Source of the DNA: a virus
Direction: 5' to 3' (one strand)
Virus record (IMG/VR): IMGVR_UViG_3300025138_009100
Span: 8,369-72,368 of that record
Length of the DNA: 64,000 nucleotides
The translations under genes and the position numbers were made by a program. Positions 46,883 through 54,709 of this stretch are shown here, one piece after another; position 1 is the stretch's first letter, and every line of letters begins with the position of its first letter. Below the pieces are notes generated by a model. That model was given only the letters and a program-made list of their open reading frames with translations. It did not search any database and was not told the origin of the DNA.

Positions 46883-48536
46883 TATTTTCCTTCATTTTTA
46901 CGGAATCTGGATTGGCTACAATGTAGTCAATATACATAAGTTTATCTAGCAGATTAATTGCTAAAACGTCAAACTTAACGTGACCAAGTGCCTCTAAGTC
47001 TGCCATCTCTAACCCTGCTATCTTTTCACTACCACTTTTAGGGTTTACCATCGGACAAACTTCTGACAGTCTGTTAGCTGATATAACAACGCCAGCAGCA
47101 TGTTTACCCTGCGTCTTTAGTGTCCCTTCAATCTTAATTGCTTGTTCAAAATATTCTGCATAATCACCTTCAAGATAACCTTTCTCGTTTATGTGACAAT
47201 AATCATATAGGTCTTGCTCGTTGTTTTGTAATGCCCACCTAATAATAGACCTGTCTTCTTCGTCCATTTGAGAAAGTTGATCAGAAATAGCAGCTTCATC
47301 TGGGATGTATCTAGTAATCTCATTCATCACACTGAATCCACAAGCTTCGTTTACACGTAAGATTTCTTTAATTGCACTGCGTCCCTGTAGCTTACCAAAT
47401 GTCACCATCTGACTAACGTTACCGTGACCGTATTTGTCTTTAATATACGATATGATCTCGTCTCTTTTCTTTCCCGGAATATCTATGTCGATATCAGGAA
47501 GAGATATGTTATCCTTGGTGTTTCTACCACTATTATAGAAGCGTTCAAACAATAAGTCAAACTCAATCGGGTCAATTTGTGTAATTCCAATCAGATAAGA
47601 TATCAAACATCCAGCAGCGGAGCCACGACCCGGACCTACCATCCATCCTTGACCTACCGCATAATTGATAATATCACGAACAATAAGAAAGTAACCAAAC
47701 AAATCTGCTTCTTCAATAACTTCAAATTCTTTTCTGAATCTGTCTCCATATTTTTTTCTACCTTCTTCGTCTGTAATCTTGTCCGCCAATATTTCTTTCC
47801 ATCCTTTTCTAGCCAGCGTCCTTAGATAATCTTTTTCTGACTCTCCGCTAGGAGTGTCGAATTTAGGAAGAACTGGTTTGCTCAGGATATTGTAGCTTTC
47901 GCATTGATTGTATATGTCATCAAGACTTTGCAATCCTAAAGGATCTTCTATCATAACTTCTGTTGCTCCAGTTTGATCTGGAACATAAAAGTGAGAAAAG
48001 TCAAAGAACTTCTTATTTGGGAAGTCTTCTCCCTTCTGGTATTTTCTTCGTATCTTAGGAAGAGTAGTCTTCATTTCAGAGCAAAGCAAGATCCTGTGAA
48101 GATTGGAGTCTTCTGAATCTGTGTAATGCAAGTCTTGGAAGCATCTGCTTTTTTTAATCCAACCGTTTCTAATTGGGGAATCAGCGGCAGAGTTCGCTAG
48201 AACAATCAAGTCGCCTTTGTTGCAGATCTTAGACAGGTCGCTACTATTGTAGTCTCCGTCTTCATTTAACAAAGATACAATTTTAATAAGATCGAACCAG
48301 CCGTCTTTGTTCTTTGCAAATAGGGTAAAATTATCAAACGAACAGCCTATAATTGGCTTTATGTCATTTGCTATACAAGCTTGATAGAAAGCTACAGCGC
48401 CAGAGATAGTTTTATAGTCAGCAATACCGCAGGCGCGAAAACCATTTTTTTTACATTTCTTTGCAAGTGGTTTAGGTTTAGAAAAACCTTTAAGCAAAGA
48501 GTAATGCGTGTAATTACAAAGTGGGAACCAAGTCAT
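46869..48536 (-). CDS. dnaE: DNA polymerase III alpha (DnaE), N-terminal part (degenerate PHP + palm/thumb)
   Basis: HYSLLKG, IKPIIG, GYFLIVRD, GPGRGSAAGCL, LLFERF, PDIDID, GKHAAGVVI, VKFDVL. Confidence 0.92.
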   Translation of the reverse strand: MTWFPLCNYTHYSLLKGFSKPKPLAKKCKKNGFRACGIADYKTISGAVAFYQACIANDIKPIIGCSFDNFTLFAKNKDGWFDLIKIVSLLNEDGDYNSSDLSKICNKGDLIVLANSAADSPIRNGWIKKSRCFQDLHYTDSEDSNLHRILLCSEMKTTLPKIRRKYQKGEDFPNKKFFDFSHFYVPDQTGATEVMIEDPLGLQSLDDIYNQCESYNILSKPVLPKFDTPSGESEKDYLRTLARKGWKEILADKITDEEGRKKYGDRFRKEFEVIEEADLFGYFLIVRDIINYAVGQGWMVGPGRGSAAGCLISYLIGITQIDPIEFDLLFERFYNSGRNTKDNISLPDIDIDIPGKKRDEIISYIKDKYGHGNVSQMVTFGKLQGRSAIKEILRVNEACGFSVMNEITRYIPDEAAISDQLSQMDEEDRSIIRWALQNNEQDLYDYCHINEKGYLEGDYAEYFEQAIKIEGTLKTQGKHAAGVVISANRLSEVCPMVNPKSGSEKIAGLEMADLEALGHVKFDVLAINLLDKLMYIDYIVANPDSVKMKENNVEP

Positions 48537-48567
48537 TCAATTTCCTTTCAATTATGGGGTTCTAGTT

Positions 48568-48596
48568 ATTATAGAGGAATAATCAACTTTTGTCAA
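48568..48596 (-). promoter_or_regulatory. Sigma70-type promoter TTGACA-N17-TATAAT upstream of dnaE-N
   Basis: Perfect consensus on the - strand; AAGGA RBS before ATG 48536. Confidence 0.85.
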
Positions 48597-49711
48597 CCAT
48601 CTTCTTTCCTTTCTGTGAAATAACTTAGAATATCTTTCTCAATTCCGGGTTTTGTTCCTGATAGTTCTAATATCCCGTCTTTATTTACAAATGTATCTGT
48701 GTCTGGATGAAAGTTATATTTACCTAATACTTGATGTCTCGTTGTATACTGTCTATTCTTAGGGTCTCCATGCCATAAGTGGTAGCATTTCCCACTCGTA
48801 AAGCCAATGTTTAACTTCATGTTGGATATTTTATCTAGGTAACACATTAAAGAATCTTGAACATCTAAAGAGTAAACATCTAATTGATCTTGCATGGGTT
48901 TTGATATATTTTTTGTTCCATAAAAACCATACGCCAGCCACTCATCCCCACTGCCTATAACAATACTTGGGACTGGAAATATGTTCTTTAAAGTTTCTAC
49001 GCGACCCATCCAGCCACCTCCGGGGCAGCCATGAGCATTTCTAGACTGAAATTTAACGTTTAAGTTTTTCATCTTTTTAGATCTACCTACAGATCTATGA
49101 GAAACAATAGCCTTTTGATCCAAGTAAACAACTTCTTCAAAAAGTTGTACTAAATCATTTCCCGATTCTAACTTTTGTACAGATTCTATTAGCCAGTTCT
49201 GGTTGCTAAACGGTAAGTCATGGTCTATCCAAGCAAAATATTTTTTATTGGTACTTATATTATAAAAAGCTAGATTTAAAAGCGATTCTTTTTGCCACAA
49301 GCAATGCTTTTCTAGAGACCCTCTGATTAGTATAGAGTTTTTTATCTCTCTATCTCTATCGTCAAATACAATTTCGTAACATTTTACATATTTACCTAGA
49401 TTACCTAAAGACTCTATCCACTCTGCGTAGGTTTCTTGTAGTCTTTTTGAGCCAGAAGTATTAAAGTGAAAAGTTACAATTTCTACTTCTTCAATGTTCT
49501 TTGGTATCCTGTATATAGCAGGAAGATGATAAGATTTTTTTACAAGATCAATATACCTTGTCTGTAAATCATTACCATTGTTACTAGCTTCGTATCTTTG
49601 TCTTTTCTGAGTATTAGTTTTTTTACACCACTCATGATTTTTAGCATCCATACTACGACAAAAAACGGGACAAAATCCCGCTTTTTCGCATTGACATTTT
49701 GATAAATCCAA
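48593..49711 (-). CDS. GT-A-like glycosyltransferase with N-terminal Cys-rich module
   Basis: WQKESLLN, FAWIDHD (DxD), PGGGW, GSGD, HLWHG; N-terminus CQC..GFCP..C...C. Confidence 0.6.
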   Translation of the reverse strand: MDLSKCQCEKAGFCPVFCRSMDAKNHEWCKKTNTQKRQRYEASNNGNDLQTRYIDLVKKSYHLPAIYRIPKNIEEVEIVTFHFNTSGSKRLQETYAEWIESLGNLGKYVKCYEIVFDDRDREIKNSILIRGSLEKHCLWQKESLLNLAFYNISTNKKYFAWIDHDLPFSNQNWLIESVQKLESGNDLVQLFEEVVYLDQKAIVSHRSVGRSKKMKNLNVKFQSRNAHGCPGGGWMGRVETLKNIFPVPSIVIGSGDEWLAYGFYGTKNISKPMQDQLDVYSLDVQDSLMCYLDKISNMKLNIGFTSGKCYHLWHGDPKNRQYTTRHQVLGKYNFHPDTDTFVNKDGILELSGTKPGIEKDILSYFTERKEDG

Positions 49712-49712
49712 T

Positions 49713-50003
49713 TCACTTCCCTAGAAAAAATCCTACAAACGCTCCAAACCCCAAAGAAACAAAACAAGATAATATATACCCTGAAGTTCCGCAGCATAAT
49801 CTTAATGTATACTTAGGTATATCTTCTTTATTTTGTTTTGCTCTTTCTGCACATCTTAACAAATCTGTATCGGAAAGTAATAGATTTGTTAAGATGTCGT
49901 CAGCGTCTTCTATAACTATCATGTTATAGCTTCTGTTTGCTGCCTTGTGCCTATCCTTGTTTATAACGGGATAGATTTTAGTGGGTGTTACTCCGTGAAT
50001 CAT
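49713..50003 (-). CDS. Small protein with C-terminal transmembrane segment
   Basis: C-terminus YILSCFVSLGFGAFVGFFLGK; AGGAG RBS. Confidence 0.5.
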   Translation of the reverse strand: MIHGVTPTKIYPVINKDRHKAANRSYNMIVIEDADDILTNLLLSDTDLLRCAERAKQNKEDIPKYTLRLCCGTSGYILSCFVSLGFGAFVGFFLGK

Positions 50004-50012
50004 AATAATCTC

Positions 50013-50675
50013 CTACCATGCTCTACAGGACCAGTAACGTGCTTTCCAGCGAGGACCGGGACTAGAACACTTGTGTCTTGCCCTAAACGACTTGCGGTTC
50101 TTGGGTTGGTCTTTTTTAATGCTCATGTTTGGATCACCAAACCTGACTATAACTACTTTGCCAGATCCGTTTTTCACATAGACGGCACTTTTCTTCGGTC
50201 CTTTTGGGGTTCTAAAAGGTTTACCAAGCTGAACCTTGCGACCTTGATATTCTGCTGACTCTGTATAATCAAGTTCTGCCTTAACAGGAACGAGCGCTCT
50301 GCCGTCTTTTGTATAAATACCTTTACGGTCATACTCATATACTTGACCTGTTTTGGGATCTTTGTACTTATATTTAGACTGAGCCTTCTTCCAAGACTCT
50401 GGATCTGGACGATCCTTATCTCCTTTTTTGGCGGGTTTATATTTCTTACCTTCACGATCTTTCTTTTTGCGTATGTTGTCCCAGAGACCCGGACGATCTG
50501 CTGCCCAGTTCCATTCTTCCTCCGGTTCTCCTAAGTCTTCATACTCTGCTTCGGAGGGGACGTAAAAATTCTCTTCTGTAATCTCTTCCGTCCAGCCGTG
50601 TTCATCCATATCAAAACCTAAGTTTTTATTATAGTGAATATTTTGATCCATATCGTTAATGTAATCTTTAGACAT
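50013..50675 (-). CDS. Modular phage protein: acidic N-terminus plus basic conserved viral domains
   Basis: PGLWDNIRKK..KPAKKGDKDRP and VRFGDPNMSIKKDQPKNRKSFRARHKC..ARYWSC..W, short basic domains I recall from diverse large viruses; function unknown. Confidence 0.55.
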   Translation of the reverse strand: MSKDYINDMDQNIHYNKNLGFDMDEHGWTEEITEENFYVPSEAEYEDLGEPEEEWNWAADRPGLWDNIRKKKDREGKKYKPAKKGDKDRPDPESWKKAQSKYKYKDPKTGQVYEYDRKGIYTKDGRALVPVKAELDYTESAEYQGRKVQLGKPFRTPKGPKKSAVYVKNGSGKVVIVRFGDPNMSIKKDQPKNRKSFRARHKCSSPGPRWKARYWSCRAW

Positions 50676-50676
50676 T

Positions 50677-51348
50677 CTAGCTCCTAAAAGGTTTTAAATT
50701 GGGGAATAATTTGTATCTTACATCCTGCCAGATAGCACCGGATATAACCATAGACGCTTCGTTGTCAGATGGATAATGTACACCTTGTAAACATCTCGCA
50801 AGCCCTGAAAGATTTATTGTCTTAAAAAATTCAGATGAGTGATGTGGATACATATCCGAAAAAAGATACGCACCCATAGCGGTATATACAGTATGTCCCG
50901 AAGGATATGCTGGCGTTTGATGTGTGTCTGTCTCTGTCACATTTACCTTAATATTTAATAAGTCACCTAGCTGCTTTGGTCTAGGTCTGTTAAACTTATG
51001 TTTAAGGTTCATCACCAAAGGTTCTGCGATTTTCCATATTTTCTGAAAATCTTCTTTGGGTATAGGCTGCCCTATTTTTTTAAAGATAGGAACAAAAAGC
51101 TCTAGCGGTTCTTTGTCAACTAGCGTCACTAAGTTCTTTTCTTCATAGTTTAAGTTTTTAGTTAAACTTTCTAAGTATTTTAATTCGTACTTAGTTTCTT
51201 CTGAGGTATTTTTATGTGGTGCTGGCAGAACCCCCTCCCAGTCTATTGTGATATGTTTGGACACCTTCCAAGTTTTTGGGTTAGATGTGTACACAACAGA
51301 GTCTAGCCTTGTTGACAACGATTTATTAAATTCAGATATGATATCCAT
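50677..51348 (-). CDS. PAP2-superfamily phosphatase
   Basis: K.KFNRPRP, YPSGH, ARCLQGVHYPSD (three PAP2 motifs). Confidence 0.85.
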   Translation of the reverse strand: MDIISEFNKSLSTRLDSVVYTSNPKTWKVSKHITIDWEGVLPAPHKNTSEETKYELKYLESLTKNLNYEEKNLVTLVDKEPLELFVPIFKKIGQPIPKEDFQKIWKIAEPLVMNLKHKFNRPRPKQLGDLLNIKVNVTETDTHQTPAYPSGHTVYTAMGAYLFSDMYPHHSSEFFKTINLSGLARCLQGVHYPSDNEASMVISGAIWQDVRYKLFPNLKPFRS

Positions 51349-51653
51349 TATCTTCTATAGTTAAAGTAGTGATTAGTTGGCGCTTGATAACCGTTATAGA
51401 AATTAAATGTATTAACCCGTGGGATGTGATAGAATTGAGCATTCACCCCAACGGTTACAGTCCTTCTGTATGGATCAACATACGCACCGTTTATATTTAA
51501 AGTAGTTCCTTGTGGGAGCCATACAACATGAGGTTGATACCCAACGACCCTTTGGCGATAGCTATAACCCCAAGGCCACTGAGCCGAAACTGTATCACTC
51601 ATGCTACAAAAACAGAAAGTTAAAACCAATGCTGCTGCTAATTTTTTAATCAT
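51348..51653 (-). CDS. Secreted miniprotein resembling a secretin beta-hairpin segment
   Basis: Signal peptide (MIKK-hydrophobic-VSA|Q), then VGYQPHVVWLPQGTTLNINGAYVDPYRRTVTVGVNAQFYHIPRVNTFNF. Confidence 0.55.
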   Translation of the reverse strand: MIKKLAAALVLTFCFCSMSDTVSAQWPWGYSYRQRVVGYQPHVVWLPQGTTLNINGAYVDPYRRTVTVGVNAQFYHIPRVNTFNFYNGYQAPTNHYFNYRR

Positions 51654-52879
51654 ACTACATCCTTTAAAATGTTCTTAGAATCTTCTTTTACAATACTGTG
51701 AGGTCTGCCATCCGTAGCAGTATACCGTGTCAATTTAACCATGTCAAGATGATTATAGATAGTCCACGCTAAATCTTCTGGTCCACATCTTCCGCTTTCA
51801 AAATCGTCTGCGTTAGGAGTTGATGCCCCAATCGTTCTCCCCATTTCATAACTCCCGCAACTAATCATAAGGGGAGCGAGTTTCCCAAAATGGTCGCGTC
51901 CTTGATTTTGATTCACCTTTGGGGTACGACCAAACTCAGAGGTTACAACAAGCATAACCCGTTCGTACATCCCTCTTGCTTCTAGCGTATCCATAACTTT
52001 AGCGAGATAGTGGTCTAGTTCTACCTGTTTTGTTGCAAGAGATTGGCCTATGTTTGTGTGCATATCCCAGCCACCATAACTTAACGATACAAACTTAGAG
52101 CCAGCTTCTAACAATCTAATCGCAGTAAGGGCATCCTGCCCCAATGTTGCTTCCTTGAACTTATCATAATCTTTGTCGTTTTCTACTCTAAATGCCTTAG
52201 AACCATCACCAAGAATAATATCTACCGACTGATTTCGCAGATCTCGCCAATCTTTAGACATTTGTTGGTCTTTTGCTAAGAAATTATTATCAATTACATT
52301 TAAAGCCTGTAATCTACGGTGAAAATCTTCGCTTTGCCCCAGCAGTCTAAGGTCTTTTCTACCTTCTTTTGTTGCATCAAAACCTGTATACTTTCCACCA
52401 AGCCATGCAGCACCGTTATGGTCGTACTGTCCTAGCTTGACATATGTGGGCAACCCGTCATCAGTGTTTACTCCGTGATGCTTACTCATCATAGACCCGT
52501 AACTAGGCCATTTAGAGCTTGTTCCCGCTCCGAAATTAGCCTCGCCTGTAACCATCCAATGAACAGCGGAAGCATGGTTCTGATCTCTGTGACCAAATGC
52601 TCTTGGGATTGCAATTTTATCTGTACGTTTAGATAGTTCTGTAAACAAACCTCCTAGCTCCACCCCTGCTACGTTGGTTTTTATAGCTCCGGTTACAGAT
52701 CGTCGGTCAGCAGGAGCAAATGGTACAGGATTAAAAGTCTCAATATGAGAAGCCCCACCGCCAAGAAAAAGGAATAATACTGCTGTATCGTCCTTCTTCT
52801 CATCTTCTGCATAAGTCGCCGTGACATTTCCATAAGCAAATGTTGTCGCTCCTAATTTAACAAAATCTCTTCTTTTCAT
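51650..52879 (-). CDS. DUF1501 family protein with twin-arginine signal peptide
   Basis: MKRRDFVK; LFLGGGASHIETF; GWDMHTN; VTSEFGRTPKVN...GRDHF. Confidence 0.88.
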   Translation of the reverse strand: MKRRDFVKLGATTFAYGNVTATYAEDEKKDDTAVLFLFLGGGASHIETFNPVPFAPADRRSVTGAIKTNVAGVELGGLFTELSKRTDKIAIPRAFGHRDQNHASAVHWMVTGEANFGAGTSSKWPSYGSMMSKHHGVNTDDGLPTYVKLGQYDHNGAAWLGGKYTGFDATKEGRKDLRLLGQSEDFHRRLQALNVIDNNFLAKDQQMSKDWRDLRNQSVDIILGDGSKAFRVENDKDYDKFKEATLGQDALTAIRLLEAGSKFVSLSYGGWDMHTNIGQSLATKQVELDHYLAKVMDTLEARGMYERVMLVVTSEFGRTPKVNQNQGRDHFGKLAPLMISCGSYEMGRTIGASTPNADDFESGRCGPEDLAWTIYNHLDMVKLTRYTATDGRPHSIVKEDSKNILKDVV

Positions 52880-52883
52880 AATA

Positions 52884-53921
52884 TCATCCCGGTGCTTCGT
52901 AATAACCTATTGAAAATCCTTCTTTTGTACATTCTTTAACGGTCTTTTTCATTCCGTCTTTTTTTATCTTCTCTCCTATATGTATACACATTGGAGTGTC
53001 TGTTTCCGGCCAATTATTCTTATAAAAGTGGCATAGCTTAGTGCATTTCCAATGACTCCTGTCCTCCTTTAATGGCTTGGGAGATACATTATCTCTTATT
53101 CCCTCGAATTGTTTTCTGAGCATTCCTAAGAATCTTTTCTCATCTTCTGGCCCAAGACAAATACTGAATGGCATTGGGTCAACTTTTCCGTCCTTATCCT
53201 TATAAAAGAAAATACTCATAATTCTATGCGGAAAATCTTTATATATTTTAGATATAGCGTAAAAGTATAATAACAATTGAGGATCTTGTTCTAGTTTTTT
53301 ATAATCCTTTACTTGTCCTGTTATCCAGTCCATTCTGCGACCGCTCTTCCAGTCGATAACTTCAATTGTATCATCTGAAATCAGCGTTGTTAAGTCGATA
53401 GTACCTTTAATTGCTAGTTGACCTTTTACAGTTTCTCCATCAATTTCATATTCAAATGTAGCCCAATCTTCTTCAATTGGTATATCAAATTGCGCCTCTG
53501 GGTGATAAATGTGCCTTTGCCTTGGGTCAAAAAGGCTGTCTGAATGAGTAAGAAAAGTAAAAACGGTATCTCTAACAACCTTCCTGTCTCCTTTTGTAAA
53601 GTTATGAATTGATCCTTCTGCATAGTCTGTTACGGCTAATTCACACATTCTTTCTACGAATTCGTCTGTGTACAACTCATCCTTGGTGATTCTAATTTTA
53701 CCGCACTTGTCGTCTTCAATGACTAAGTACTTTCTCTTAGGGTTTTCTTGCTGAAACTTTTTTAGACCAGCCAGAATTTCCATTACCTTGTGAGCCATAG
53801 TTCCTAGATCTGCTTTTTTGTTGCTGTCAGATCTGTAGCCAAGCACATAGGTTAAAAAGTATTGCATTTGACAGAAATCGTAGTTGTTATAACTTGACGA
53901 CCTAATATATGTTACTATCAT
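52884..53921 (-). CDS. PD-(D/E)XK nuclease, Cas4/AddB-like with probable Fe-S cysteines
   Basis: SSSYNNYDFC, GTMAHKVME, KGTIDL, VIDWKSG, QLLLY, CTKLC...C. Confidence 0.8.
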   Translation of the reverse strand: MIVTYIRSSSYNNYDFCQMQYFLTYVLGYRSDSNKKADLGTMAHKVMEILAGLKKFQQENPKRKYLVIEDDKCGKIRITKDELYTDEFVERMCELAVTDYAEGSIHNFTKGDRKVVRDTVFTFLTHSDSLFDPRQRHIYHPEAQFDIPIEEDWATFEYEIDGETVKGQLAIKGTIDLTTLISDDTIEVIDWKSGRRMDWITGQVKDYKKLEQDPQLLLYFYAISKIYKDFPHRIMSIFFYKDKDGKVDPMPFSICLGPEDEKRFLGMLRKQFEGIRDNVSPKPLKEDRSHWKCTKLCHFYKNNWPETDTPMCIHIGEKIKKDGMKKTVKECTKEGFSIGYYEAPG

Positions 53922-54709
53922 TAAATTTTCTCCAGTATAGATCTAACTTCAATTATGGTTTGTCCAATGTCAATATCTCTATTATCTAATACTCTCCAGA
54001 AATTAGAGTGATTATAATTATCTACGTCTAGCGCAGTTTCACTATCATGCTTGTCTTGATGTACGTCTCTTTCTAATCTTAATACTTTGCCTCCAGCTTT
54101 ATTAATTGCTTCTACTTCGTTGGGGAATCTAACGTCTGCAACGATAGAAAATTCACTACCCTCTTTTGTTATTTTACTGAGGCAAGCGTTGGTCCACACA
54201 TTTGGGTGTATCTTTCGCATAATATCTGTCCCAAGAAATTGCATGAACTCTCTTGCGGTCATTTCCCCTTCTCTCCACCCCCAGCTTTTTCTTGCGTCAA
54301 TTGGCATCTTTACCATGAGATTCATGTTTTGATGACGTGGCATGTCTTCCCACCTTATGTCAGCAAGGGTTTCATTCTTTTGTTCGTCTGTCCCGTATGC
54401 CTGCTCATATGTAAATCCAAATAGATTTATACACATATCTTTTACGGGGTCGGCATAATTATAGAGTTTAACATAAGGCCACATGTTGTAGTGAGCATAC
54501 TCCATAAATTCTTCATCTTTACGTTCTATGTCAAATTCACCCCAACCCTCTTTACCTTGAGCGTTAGTCGTTTTTATAACTAGTTTTCCTTGATCGCTTA
54601 TATTATAATCAGTTATCAGTTTGTTTTTTAGTAAAACTTCTCCGTGGATAATATTCGCTACAGTTGTCTTGCCTGCCTGCTTTCTTCCAGATATGCCTAG
54701 AATCATCAA
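53921..54709 (-). CDS. Deoxynucleoside monophosphate kinase
   Basis: GISGRKQAGKTT, REFMQFLGTDIMR, DVRFPNE, HDSETALD. Confidence 0.85.
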   Translation of the reverse strand: MMILGISGRKQAGKTTVANIIHGEVLLKNKLITDYNISDQGKLVIKTTNAQGKEGWGEFDIERKDEEFMEYAHYNMWPYVKLYNYADPVKDMCINLFGFTYEQAYGTDEQKNETLADIRWEDMPRHQNMNLMVKMPIDARKSWGWREGEMTAREFMQFLGTDIMRKIHPNVWTNACLSKITKEGSEFSIVADVRFPNEVEAINKAGGKVLRLERDVHQDKHDSETALDVDNYNHSNFWRVLDNRDIDIGQTIIEVRSILEKI

